A stretch of DNA of 63,442 nt, counting the filler, from Globobulimina sp. (lineage: Eukaryota): NCBI GenBank assembly GCA_003354225.1. It is 32 parts of 32 records of this genome, joined end to end, with 100 filler letters (N's around TTAATTAATTAA, not from the genome) between each part and the next. Parts side by side here need not be neighbours in the genome. Positions count along the whole stretch, not along the records: positions 47,666 to 49,550 come from PIVH01010913.1; positions 49,651 to 51,535 come from PIVH01010914.1; positions 51,636 to 53,520 come from PIVH01010915.1; positions 53,621 to 55,505 come from PIVH01010916.1; positions 55,606 to 57,490 come from PIVH01010917.1; positions 57,591 to 59,474 come from PIVH01010918.1; positions 59,575 to 61,458 come from PIVH01010919.1; 25 more parts are not named here. One strand, 5' to 3'. This document shows positions 48,181 to 59,969 of the stretch, piece by piece. Both the position numbers and the translations under genes were made by a program. Position 1 is the first letter of the stretch; each line of letters starts with the position of its first letter. The notes under the pieces were generated by a model that saw only the letters and a program-made list of their open reading frames with translations, ran no database searches and was not told the origin of the DNA.

Positions 48181-49550
48181 ATGGAATTATTGCAGAAAGT
48201 GTTTGGAAATATAATAAATGATCCAAATAACACAAAGTATCACAATTTGAATTTAAAACAAATATATAAAAGACTTGGAAATTGCAAATCATTGATCCAA
48301 TTATTGACAGATTGTGGTTTTACTAAGTCTGATAACGGCAAGCGATTATTATTTGATATCACAAAATTAGATTCTCTCAAACTTGTACACCATAAATTAT
48401 TAAAAATGGAATCTGCCGTGAGCCAAATCGTATCGATGGGATGTGATGAAGACATAACACGGTCAGCATTGGAACTGACTGACTGTAATGTTGCGGAAGC
48501 TATTCATTGTTTGATTTATCATTCAGTTCATTTGAATGTTGATACGAAGAGAAGACAGGTATTGCAACGGTTGGTCCTTCAGTTTGGAAAAACAAGTTAT
48601 GTAACTTCTGTGTGTTCTGTGTCTGCTGCATATGTTCAATAATGAACCCACAAAACAAACAGCTTTGGAATATGACAACAAACATTCTGTGCATTTGCTC
48701 CGTGCTGATTCTATTTATAAAGACAAGCAGTGCGAATCAACAGTGGCTGAATGTGACAGTGTGCTGAGAATACGCGAGGTTTTGAGTCGATATCAATCCT
48801 TTATTTCAAACAAAGAGCAAGGAACAGACGGAACTGATGATGGTATTTTCCAATTTATATTTGGTGAATTATTTGGTTATTACGATAATACGGATTTGTT
48901 AAACGATTTCAATCATTCACTACAAGCTCATTCTCATCAATTTGAGGAGATTTATAATGTGTTATTAGGTGCAATGAGTGATAATATACCCTGTGATTTG
49001 GGACAATGTTTATTAATAAGAAGGAACCAAAGAGATCGTATGAAATGCATCCAAAATACAGAGGTATTAAAGGATTTATATTTCAGCGATGATGATGCAA
49101 CGATTGTTTTGCAGGAATTGTTGGATCGCATTCATTGTTATTATTGCCATAGTTTTGATGTTGGACATAGAATGACACGGAATGAGAAAGAAGATATTAC
49201 GAATCAAGAGATGAAAACAGACGAAAATGAAATAGACAGATTACTTTTCGACGGAGTGGTATCAGGAATATATAAATTGAATGGAGCCAAATTACAAAAA
49301 TATCGCAATGTGCCTGGATTGGAGAGGATATATAATGGAAATAATAAATTCACGACAACTGACCATAAGCCATCAATTTTAAATGAAGATGAAAAGGAAA
49401 CAAACACTGACAATGAATATAAGTATGGATTTCGATTTTTTTATTGGCCGTATTATAAAAACAATGAAATGGCAGACGATGATGCTCGCGGTTTAAGTAT
49501 GACGCAGGATACATCCAAACATGCTGCAAACATTGGATACAAAGTGCACC
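48181..49550 (+). CDS. PUB + UBA domain protein followed by a lineage-specific helical His/Cys domain; probably spliced
   Basis: NIINDPNNTKY..LN...CGF (PUB) and QIVSMG...ALE....V.EAI..L (UBA), then LNDFNH...LDRIHCYYCHSFD. Confidence 0.65.
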
Positions 49551-49911
49551 NNNNNNNNNNNNNNNNNNNNNNNNNNNNNNNNNNNNNNNNNNNNTTAATT
49601 AATTAANNNNNNNNNNNNNNNNNNNNNNNNNNNNNNNNNNNNNNNNNNNNTAATTAGAATGAGTTGGATTGATGGAACCTTTTTTAATCCATGGTTCATC
49701 CAAGTCATCTGACCATACAATAAATGCACCATTGCATGTTACATACGACCACAATGCTAAAAAACACCAAATCATAACATGTGATGAAACAAATTGATCC
49801 ATGTCAGCTAGTGGTTCGAAAAACCACTATTTTCCTCAACAAAAAACTTCTTTCTCTCACTTCTTCCTTTTCATTCTACAAACACCACAAAGCAAACCCA
49901 AACCACAAGCA

Positions 49912-50616
49912 ATGATTAAAAATATATTAGCCATAGCATTTGCATGTTATCAATTGAGTGTTACATTTGTGCATTCATCCGCTTCAACGACATATACTGT
50001 CTTTGCTCTGCAATACAAACCGCAAGTTTGTTATAAAAGCACCACACCAAATTGTTACAAGGCAGGAGTTCCAAATATCACACTCCATGGCATTTGGACC
50101 AATGCGTATTCCGGTTCGCACCCAGCGTATTGTGGTGGAGCACAGTTAAAAAAAAGCGATGTAAGCGGTATTGAGAATAAATTGAACCTTAATTGGCCCA
50201 CTTTAAAAGGCTCAAACACAAATTACGAGTTTTGGGCCTATGAATATGATAAACATGGTACGTGTTGGGGCCATATTGTAAAGAAAAAAGAATACTTTAC
50301 CATCGCATTGTGGATGTTGGAAGAAGATGGTTACAAATTCATACAAGAAATATTAGAGTTAAATGGCATATATCCATCAAGTTCGAAGTTATATAAATTA
50401 AAAGATGTCACAAATACATTAAGCGATGCATTGAACCAGAAAATTATTGTTCAATGCAACAACAATAAATATATAAATGAATTTTTTATTTGCCGTGATT
50501 GGTATGGAAAGAAAATGGATTGCCCCACTTCATTGACATCCAATTGTAACAGTAAAGTTATTTTATCATTCCAAGTGCCACATTATTCGTATGAAAAAAC
50601 CTTAGTTTTATCATGA
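49912..50616 (+). CDS. Ribonuclease T2 family protein, complete
   Basis: Signal peptide, CAS I TLHGIW and CAS II FWAYEYDKHGTC. Confidence 0.92.
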   Translation: MIKNILAIAFACYQLSVTFVHSSASTTYTVFALQYKPQVCYKSTTPNCYKAGVPNITLHGIWTNAYSGSHPAYCGGAQLKKSDVSGIENKLNLNWPTLKGSNTNYEFWAYEYDKHGTCWGHIVKKKEYFTIALWMLEEDGYKFIQEILELNGIYPSSSKLYKLKDVTNTLSDALNQKIIVQCNNNKYINEFFICRDWYGKKMDCPTSLTSNCNSKVILSFQVPHYSYEKTLVLS

Positions 50617-51023
50617 TCAGTTTTATGACTTAAGCTTTCTACAATTCTTTTTTCCATTTCTTCTTTTATTTTTTTCTATTTTTTTATTTGTTATTTTTAT
50701 CTTCGTCGCAGTGTGCTTATCCATATAAAATCTATGTGTGTGTGTTTTATTTTTAATAATCTAATTTGCACTGGATTTGAATTATACATTAATTGGTTTG
50801 AAATATCACAAATTGTTTGTATATGTATATGTATAGTATACGCAAACGTTATACAAATCTATTTTTGTGACTTTTTAGGGCATGCATACATTCCCTAAAA
50901 TGACATTTTCAGATTTTGAACATCTTATCGATAAATATTTCAACATGCCATAAAATTAAATTTTCGGATTTATACCTACGAGTTAGTAAGTTTTTTTTAA
51001 GATTTAGTTGTTCGGTTAAGATT

Positions 51024-51535
51024 ATGCTGCTAAATACAGAGTTTGTGATAACGTTAATAGCTGTGATATCATTTGCCCCGTTGGGTACATTCATTAGGAC
51101 GGGTTTATCTGAATCAATAGCTCCATTTCAGCTTTTCTCATTAATACCAAATATCATTGGATCATTCATATTGGGCGCAACCAAGGGAGCTACATTAAAG
51201 AATAAATCTATAAACAAAGGAATCGGAACAGGCCTTTGCGGCTCAATTACCACTTTTTCATCATTTAATTATGAATTTAATATATTGATTATTAATAAAG
51301 ATCCAAATACAGCATTAGCAATGGCATTTATTGCAGTTACATTCAGTGCATCATTGGTCGCCTTTTATATTGGCGAGAAAATATCTGAATATATATCATC
51401 AAAAGTGTCAGTTTCATCCCATACTCGTAAAAGAGCACAAAATGATCAAATAATAACAGAAATTAACATGGCTGAGATAAAAAAAGATGGGAATGACAAT
51501 CTGGAAAACGATGTGAATGAGAAAAAAGAAACAAT
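51024..51535 (+). CDS. FEX: Fluoride exporter FEX (CrcB/Fluc domain), 3' partial
   Basis: GTFIR, NIIGSFILG and GIGTGLCGSITTFSSF. Confidence 0.85.
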
Positions 51536-51635
51536 NNNNNNNNNNNNNNNNNNNNNNNNNNNNNNNNNNNNNNNNNNNNTTAATTAATTAANNNNNNNNN
51601 NNNNNNNNNNNNNNNNNNNNNNNNNNNNNNNNNNN

Positions 51636-53520
51636 ATTTCGAACGCATTATACAATATCTCGACTGGTAAAGTCATGTGCTTCTCTTTGATCACTTCAAT
51701 GGAGGCGTCGTGCAACATTTTGCGTATTTGGAACAATTGATTGGTAGTTATATGCGCTTTGATCACCATAATGCTGCGTTGTTCCTTTGTGAACTGAGAA
51801 ATGAAGGGCTTGACTTCGGTGTCTCTGCGCTTGTGATGGTGCGGTGGTGACTGTGATGGATTGTTGTTGGTCTCTTCGATGGATTTCAATTTGAGATTTA
51901 TATTTGGTGTTTTTGGTGGCGTCTCGCCACTGAATCCAAAGAAAAAGTCATGTGCTATGGCTTTGAAGTTATGGCTAGTCGTCGAGTAATGCATTACGTC
52001 GCGGATCTCATCAATGCCGTATTTATCACGCAAGGGAGGCACAATGCTGCTCAATACATTGAATATATTGCGCTGCGACACATTTTCAGTCTGTTTGCAT
52101 GAGACCAACCATACTAAGATCTCATCGGAGGACAAGTGATTGGCCATTAATTGGACGATTTCGGTGTTGTGGTACTCGATTTGTAGCATGGCACGGATAC
52201 TTTCGATGGGCATATTGAGGGATTTCTGTTTATTTATTTGGATGTCTGTGTCGGCGAATAGGTCTTGAATATGCTCGATTTGGTAGGACGACACATGCGG
52301 TTTGATCACCACAATGGCATAGCCATCGTCGCCATGAGGCTCTGGCGAATCAAACATCTCTTCTGCGTCGATATCAATGTGCTCATCCTTCATATCAATG
52401 GCTTGATTCATGATATTCACATCAAAAAAGAAGGTGGGGATATTTTTTTTGTATACTTGATAATTTGCGGCAAATTCAATGGCGTTTTTGATGATATTTT
52501 CGCCATAATTTGCACGGATGCTTTCTGGTTGTTGCTGTGCGGCAATATCCGGGTCGCGATCACCGACCACACGCTTCAATTCATCGTAGACGTTCTCCTG
52601 AGTCACAGTGCGAGGATAATATCATACTGTTTCTATATACGGTGTACATATAAAAAGCACTAAACTTTCTGTACAATGAGCGCGATCACGGCATTTGACG
52701 CCATGTAATCAATGATTTGCTGTGTATATTGTGCCGGTGCATCATAACTCATATTAGAATATACGCAAGCATTCAAATTGAATACTTTTTGTTGGATAAT
52801 TTCAAAGTTTTGTCCAATTAAATGCGCCCGAATCACGTCGCCAAATTGTTGCGCCGCATTCGGTTTGATCACAACTAGAGATTGTTGTAGTTGTTTCGGT
52901 GAAGGCGGTGGTTGTTGTTTGAAGAAATCGTGATTGAAATGTTGTACTTCTTGTTGGTTTTTTGCGGGATACACTGCGTTTTGGATCACATTTTTACCAA
53001 ACATGGCCCGTAAAGTATTTTCATTCTCCAAATTAGCTTTGTTTGGCTCGTCGTGGCCGCATAAATCAATCAGTTCATTGATAGCGTTCACACGAAACAC
53101 TTTCAACACTAAGAAAGTGTCCATAGCCATTTCGCGGCATAATTCTTTGAAATAGGGCAAATAGCCATATTTTTTGGCCCATAACTTCTCAAAATACGCA
53201 GAGTTTGCAGTGCCTTCTTCGAAATCGGTTACATAAAAATTTTCGTCTAATAAGGTGGTGTAAATGTCCTTGCAATGTGTTGTTGCTGCTCTTGGCTTAA
53301 TGATTAATATGCTTTTCTCGATTCTGTGTACAACAAAATGTGAATATGGATATGGTTATATTTATGATATAAATGGGCGTAACGGGTCGAGTTTGAACGT
53401 GGTGGGGATTTCCATTGTGGACAATGTGCGCGTATGGCCCGCTGATATGTTGCTGCCCGTTTTAGCAAATTTTTTGTATTTTCGTTTGTTTCTGCTTTTT
53501 TGTGTGTTTTTGTTTTGTGT
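51636..53520 (-). CDS. Protein with at least four tandem nucleoside-diphosphate-kinase-like domains, spliced, partial
   Basis: SILIIKP, SLVVIKP, AIVVIKP and SIMVIKA domain starts. TLRAMFG...NAV and SIRANYG...NAI. Confidence 0.8.
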
Positions 53521-53620
53521 NNNNNNNNNNNNNNNNNNNNNNNNNNNNNNNNNNNNNNNNNNNNTTAATTAATTAANNNNNNNNNNNNNNNNNNNNNNNN
53601 NNNNNNNNNNNNNNNNNNNN

Positions 53621-54000
53621 ATTATGATGTGTGATAATTGTGATGTTCTAAATTGTATTCTTTGTTTTGTCAGCCATTGTAAAATTTGTAATGTATGTTG
53701 TGTTGGGTCAACTTTCCGAAAATTCCAACTCGAACCAAATGCTTTTTTAACTGACATCCATTCATTGTAGCAATTTATCAATCCCTTTGATCTTAATGTG
53801 TCAAACGATAATTCTGTATGCCACGTTCTTTTTATTTTGTCTTTACTTTGCAAGCGGCGGATTATTTCTGTTAGCACGTCGACGTCAACATGGTAACTAA
53901 AACCATAATTCTTTTCATACACTCGAAATGCTCGTTTGATATAAGTTGGTGCAAATCCCGAGGCGACGAGCATCCGATGAATTTCAGTTCTGGTTGACAT
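53621..54000 (-). CDS. Hypothetical protein with a UBA-like N-terminus, partial
   Basis: LVASGF...YIKRAFRVY. Confidence 0.4.
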
Positions 54001-54234
54001 TGAAATTTGAAAACTCACTCAATAAAAAACTGTTTTTAATTTGCAATGTGTGAAGATCTGAAAGGTTCATTACAGCACTAACCTGGTGGATATTTATTTG
54101 GTCAATTGGCATTTATATAAATAGAGAGTATCAGTAGTTACTGAGTAGTAGCAAGTGGCTCATAAACGACAAAACCTAGTACCTAGTACCTAAGCCGGGT
54201 TCTATTAAATAGTTAAAAAAAATAAAAAAATAAT

Positions 54235-55248
54235 TTATTTATCCTCTTTCTGATCAATATCCTGCTCATCAATAACATCTCCACCATAAACGGTATTATT
54301 TTCCACATAATGTTTCCAATGTGCTACTAAAACACCATCTAAATTCTTCCAATGATGTGGATTATCCAAATACCAATCAACAGTTTGTTTCAATCCAGTC
54401 ATAAATGACACTTTTGTTTCCCAGCCCAACTCTTTCATTTTATCCCCATTCATATAATATCGCGTATCATTAAACAAGCGGTCCACCACAAAGGTGGTAT
54501 ACTTTTTATATTCACTCTCATTCAAACCACCAAAACAACGGAATATTTTTTCCGAAACTTGCACTGTTTCTAACTCATCATCGGACGTAATATTATAAAT
54601 CTCACCAATTTTCCCTTTATGTAGTATCATATCGAAGGCGTTGGCAACATCATCCACATGAACATACACTCTCTTTTTCCTGCCATCGCCATGAATGCAG
54701 ACTGCCTTTCCGTTTTTAATTAAGTTTATAAATTTCGGTATTAACTTTTCTGGAAACTGCCGTGGTCCGTAAATATTGCTTGAACGCGTCACAATGATCG
54801 GGATTTTGAACGAGCGCGCATATGAATGCACAATTTGTTCCGCCGCAGCCTTCGAAGCAGAATAAGGATTGGTTGGCAATAAACGATCGGTCTCTTTCTT
54901 TGCATCTTTATACGTAGCATCCATCTCAGATTCACCATAAACTTCGTCAGTAGAAACATGAATAAAACGGGATCCTGAAATGCGGCTTGCTCTTGCAATG
55001 TTTCCAGGGCCGGATGCATTAACCTGAAAAGCAGCCTCCCTGTCCGATTCGGCTTTGTCAACTGCCGTGTAGGCTGCCGCATTAATAACCACATCCGGAC
55101 GAATATCAGAGATTTTTTTATTCACTTGTTCTCTATCTGTAATGTCCAGAGAATCTATATCCTCTGCATAAAGAGATATTTTTACCGGTTTTGTATAAGC
55201 AAGTTCCCGGCCAAGTTGACCATATGATCCGATAATCAGTACTTTCAA
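54235..55248 (-). CDS. Hybrid ORF: bacterial RmlD N-terminus joined at FIHVSTD to a eukaryote-type NDP-glucose 4,6-dehydratase C-terminus
   Basis: GSYGQLG...NAAAYTAVDKAE (RmlD), then STDEVYG...PTNPYSASKAAAE...NIYGPRQFPEKLIPKF (RmlB/RHM). Confidence 0.8.
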   Translation of the reverse strand: MKVLIIGSYGQLGRELAYTKPVKISLYAEDIDSLDITDREQVNKKISDIRPDVVINAAAYTAVDKAESDREAAFQVNASGPGNIARASRISGSRFIHVSTDEVYGESEMDATYKDAKKETDRLLPTNPYSASKAAAEQIVHSYARSFKIPIIVTRSSNIYGPRQFPEKLIPKFINLIKNGKAVCIHGDGRKKRVYVHVDDVANAFDMILHKGKIGEIYNITSDDELETVQVSEKIFRCFGGLNESEYKKYTTFVVDRLFNDTRYYMNGDKMKELGWETKVSFMTGLKQTVDWYLDNPHHWKNLDGVLVAHWKHYVENNTVYGGDVIDEQDIDQKEDK

Positions 55249-55505
55249 TTTTTTAGCTCCACAAATTGATTACTGAAAAAACATCCTGCCTCGGTAAAAT
55301 TGCATCCATCCATATCTTTTGCAGAAAGCTTCGGCTCAGAACCATCAACAAGAGGCCACTCGATATTAAGCTCCGGGTCATTCCACATGATGGAGCATTC
55401 ATGCTCCGGCGAATAATAATCGGTGCATTTGTAAACAAATTCAGCCTGTTCAGACATTACGTAAAAGCCATGGGCAAACCCTTCAGGTACCCAGAACATT
55501 TTTTT
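55245..55505 (-). CDS. rmlC: dTDP-4-dehydrorhamnose 3,5-epimerase C-terminus (bacterial)
   Basis: WVPEGFAHGF...YKCTDYY.PEHE..I.WNDP.LNI.WP...LSAKD. It overlaps the start of the next gene by 4 nt. Confidence 0.9.
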   Translation of the reverse strand, partial: KKMFWVPEGFAHGFYVMSEQAEFVYKCTDYYSPEHECSIMWNDPELNIEWPLVDGSEPKLSAKDMDGCNFTEAGCFFSNQFVELKN

Positions 55506-55605
55506 NNNNNNNNNNNNNNNNNNNNNNNNNNNNNNNNNNNNNNNNNNNNTTAATTAATTAANNNNNNNNNNNNNNNNNNNNNNNNNNNNNNNNNNNNNNN
55601 NNNNN

Positions 55606-56264
55606 TGTAAATATTTGCAATTATTTCCAAAATCAAGGATGCTGAATTTATGCATTTAACTCAAATAATTGAAGAAAATAAAAAAATGATTTTGGATCAA
55701 ACAAAAAGGATCAACGAAGAAATGAAAATTGATCAAATCAAAAAAGAAAAGGAAGAAACAGATTATTTTGGAGTGATTGCATCAAACATCACCAAAACAA
55801 ATAAAAATGTAACTCTTCGGGTCACATCAACTGACAATTCTTGGTCTCATTCATTTGGAAATGTTCAAATAGCATCGACGAGCAATAAGATTTATAAATG
55901 GGACATAAAGATTGATAATTGTGCCCATTGGGGAGTTACGATAAGTGTGGTCGAGACAAATTATAATCAAACAAAAGGATATTATTGGGGCAGCAAAGAA
56001 TTTGTTTATTACAGTTATTATCAAGGAGATGGTACTAAATGCTCACAAAATAATTCAGAACAATAGGGAGCTTCATTTGCAACAAATGATACAATTTCTA
56101 TGTGTTTAGATTTAAGAAATGGTTCATTAGAATATTCCAAAAATGGTCAATCCCAAGGAATTGCGTTTAAAGTGGAAAGAAGAAATGATTTGCATTTCAA
56201 ATTGGCCATCAGTTTGTATCATCAAAATACTCAAATAACAATGACCAAATTTACAATCCAATAA
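55606..56264 (+). pseudogene. SPRY/B30.2-like protein interrupted by an in-frame TAG at 56064-56066
   Basis: The domain continues in frame after the TAG: GASFATNDTISMCLDLRNGSLEYSKNG...FKLAISL. Confidence 0.65.
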
Positions 56265-56389
56265 CGTATATTTTTGTAATGATTTTCATTTTAATTGGAT
56301 CGTGTTTCTCTGTGTTCGTTTAATGAGTCATGTAAAAAACGTCATAAAAGACTCTGAATTCGAACAATAATTAATTACACTCAGCAACA

Positions 56390-56891
56390 CTATTTAAAAT
56401 TTTCTATAGATACAACTCCAAAAGACAATAATGTGAGTGATGTGCAATTCCCATACAGATAAACAGCCATTTTGTTTGTAAAATGATAGTGACGATTGGG
56501 AGTATATCATTGATATAACATCATTTGTTTTAAATTTTGCATCAGAACTCCTTCTGTTTCCTGATATGTATATTCCTCCATTGTCATAAAGAGCAAAACT
56601 GTGAATATATTTACTTCGACAAAATGAAGTTTTGTATTTGTTGTTTGTTTTATTGGATTGGCATATTCCGATTGCAATAAAATATCCAATATGACGAATC
56701 TTAAAAGACCAAATCACTTTTTTTTGTGATGTGTTTCCGTCCAAAATGTATGATCCAAATGCACTTCCTTGGGATTCATCATTCCTTGTTTTATGGGTAC
56801 AATAATGTTTAGAAAATACGATTTCCATTGTTTTGTTGTCGTCTGACATTGTCATCCACCATGTTTTTTGGTTAAACTGTTCAGTTGCCAT
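56390..56891 (-). pseudogene. SPRY-like gene with an apparent deletion/frameshift near the C-terminus
   Basis: WSFKI...IGI...KFKTNDVISM..SLSFYK. The expected ending KMAVYLYG..SLTLLSF lies in another frame. Confidence 0.5.
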
Positions 56892-57836
56892 CTATTAATA
56901 ATACTAAATACTAAATATGATATCGATACCAGTTGTAGCACCTTTGTTGATGCAAACAAGTTCCTTATCAGGTCTATCCAGTTTTGGTTCCACAATTGTT
57001 ATTTATGATCCTCCAAAAGAGATTCATTCAACTAGCAGATATTTACTAGTTGCAAGCATTTTGTTATCAACCATTGTCTCGAATGTTTGGTTATGTCAGA
57101 GTCTTAAAAATTGGTCATAAATAATTGCCATTTTCAAAATCAACAGTTGTTAATTTATTAGTGTTGGTATTTACAGCCAATATTACATGGTGTTTGCATT
57201 GGAGTGATAATATTATGCGATCACCTGAGTACTACGCACCATATATTGGATTCATTGTGGCCTATTTTATATTCATGACATTACCGCTGTTACATACAAT
57301 GTGCTGTTATTTTTAACCATGATTTCAACAAATTATATCCTACAAAACAAAGCAACGCACAAATTGAAATGCTATGTTATGCTCCATATATATTGCCTAA
57401 ATTTATGGTTTGGTTTGGCGCATTTTACAGTTGAACCAATTTATAGTTTTAGCCTAGTTTGCATTGTAAGTATATATTATGGATGAAGCGNNNNNNNNNN
57501 NNNNNNNNNNNNNNNNNNNNNNNNNNNNNNNNNNTTAATTAATTAANNNNNNNNNNNNNNNNNNNNNNNNNNNNNNNNNNNNNNNNNNNNGTAAGGTAAA
57601 TTAAATTAGACAATGAAAAACTCTTCAAGTAAAACACTGGTAGTTATTACAATGTCACATATCATTCATTACCAGTCATTACTATCCATTCGTTTCTATT
57701 CAAATCCATTCAATATATAATTGTAAAATAAATCAAAAAAATGCCAGTATTATTTGGGATCTGGTCTTATTCATTGATAATAATTAACAAATAAAAAAAA
57801 ATGATAACAAATCAATTGAATTGCTGTCACAAAGAA

Positions 57837-59474
57837 TCAAAGTAAATTCGCCAACGACACATATTTTATTCCATTCCATAAAGCTTTATCACCATTCTTG
57901 GATTTCCCACCAATTACAATATTATCAATCAACCGCGTGGATGGCCCAACCGATGCAGCAATACTTATCACCATCTCATTATTTTTAATAAATTTAATTA
58001 AATCAAATGTATTATTTTCCGTCTCTTTCAATTTCGCTCCATTCCGTGCATCATGAAACGAAATATATTCTAACTGAATCTGATATTTCTCCGCGAATTT
58101 CTCACCAATCTCTTGCATATATTTGATACCAATAACATCCTTATCGTTTATTTCTAAATTATCAAATAAAAAACTTGCAATCATACACAAACATTGATAG
58201 ATCAATGGCGCTCTTTCCCTTTCTGCCATACTTAATTTACTATTCATTGAAGACATCGCCAAGCCATCCAATTCACGGACGGTGTCATGAATAATCACTT
58301 GTGTGTCGGGGAAGAATTGCAAGCCTAAATTCCTTATAATTATACATTGCATAAAATCTTTCTGCCCAAATATGGATTTATGAGGCCGTACCCACGAAAA
58401 TAATTTCGTAACCACAGTGCCGACCCCTTTAAAATGCCCAGGCCGCGAATGTCCTTCATCGCAGTCTGACGATTCTATATTTTCAAAGTCTACAAAGGCA
58501 CCAAATAATTTATCCTCGTTCTTATTCGTTTCCTTATTATAATTTGGATACATATCGGTCACACTGGGCGTAAATATAACATCTACGCCCAATTGCGTCA
58601 ATTTATAAATATCGTCGTCCATATTATACGGATAATTGACATAATCCTTCAACTCATTGAACTGCAACGGATTTAAAAACAAACTGCACCAAATTTGATG
58701 AGTAGATTCATATTTTTTTGCTGCTTTGATCAGTTCCAAATGGCCACAATGCAAACCACCTAAAAACGGCACAAAAACTATCTGTTTCCGATGCTCATAT
58801 TCATCGCATAAATCATTTCGTAAACTCCGTATTTCAAAGGCGGATTTTATAATTTTCGTATACTTTTTATCTCTTTGCGAGGGCAATAACTGTCGAAACC
58901 TTTCAATTCTATGCGGATCTCCTTCGGTTTCCGTGTCACAATGATAATATTCATGCCCTTCCTTGATTTTATTAAAGAATTGGCCACTTTCAATATTTAG
59001 CGACTGCCATATTTCATGGTCACTGCACAATTTCTCCCTGGTTTTATCATTTAAATAATACGAATGCTGCGGTGATGGGAATATGCCACCTTTAACATCG
59101 CCAATGTAATGACTGATGGCAGACACGATGGACGGTGCTAAATTTGTGTACTGCTTCACAAATTTATATGTTTCATTCGCGGGATGACCCAAACCTAACA
59201 TGTCATGCCATACTAAGACCTGTCCATTGCAATGAGGGCCACTACCAATTCCTGTGCGGTGCAGTGGTGCAGTGCACACAGAAACGCTTTATAACATTTG
59301 TATGCATAATGCATGGAAACACATACCGATGGTTGGTATTTCTAATAACTCTGTGATGTATGCAGCTGTTTCAGCGCATACCTTCTCTAACACTAAAAAG
59401 GAGGCACCGCAGTCTTGCAATTTCAACGACTGTTCTGCCAATTCCTTTATGTCGCGATAGGTTCGACCACGAGT
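57837..59474 (-). CDS. panB-panC: Fused ketopantoate hydroxymethyltransferase (PanB) - pantothenate synthetase (PanC); intron 59252-59326; 5' partial
   Basis: GASFLVLEKV...IPTIG/IGSG..CNGQVLVWHDMLG (PanB), in frame with GGLHCGH, NPLQF, RPGHFKGV, FGQKD and DGLAMSS (PanC). Confidence 0.9.
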
Positions 59475-59698
59475 NNNNNNNNNNNNNNNNNNNNNNNNNN
59501 NNNNNNNNNNNNNNNNNNTTAATTAATTAANNNNNNNNNNNNNNNNNNNNNNNNNNNNNNNNNNNNNNNNNNNNAAGGCAAGTATTACGGTATTTTAAAC
59601 AAATTTCCCTCATTCAGGCTTAGTACAACACCTTCTAGTCTTGAAACGCAAGACTGCATTATGTGCTTTTGAATAATCTATTACTTGAGGAATTCTAG

Positions 59699-59827
59699 GA
59701 TTTGGAGGAACAACTTGAGGAAGAGGAAGGAGCGAGACAGAAATTACAACTGGAAAAAGTTTCTGTTGATCAAAAACTGAAAAAATTAGAAGAGTCCTTT
59801 GCTGCTATGGAAGACTCCTATCAAAAG
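59699..59827 (+). CDS. Exon of an animal-type non-muscle myosin II heavy chain rod
   Basis: AG/GT-bounded 129-nt exon encoding [43 protein letters not shown]. Confidence 0.8.
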
Positions 59828-59969
59828 GTACTCTTTCAAAGATTATGGTAACATTTCGATAAGTGCCATTACCATGTAATGATAACATTTCAAGGCATCA
59901 AGTGTTACCATGTTACGCATTAAGATTTTGAAGTGTTACCATGTATGGTAACAGTTCCTTATGGCAATT

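Noticed and set aside
49912-51535. RNase T2 + FEX as a functional operon or fluoride riboswitch unit
   Set aside because: Eukaryote-like neighbours in a compact genome. No riboswitch consensus was recognised in the intergenic DNA.
56064-56066. TAG reassignment (alternative genetic code)
   Set aside because: Single instance. The many other long ORFs translate cleanly without in-frame TAG, so mutation or error is more parsimonious.
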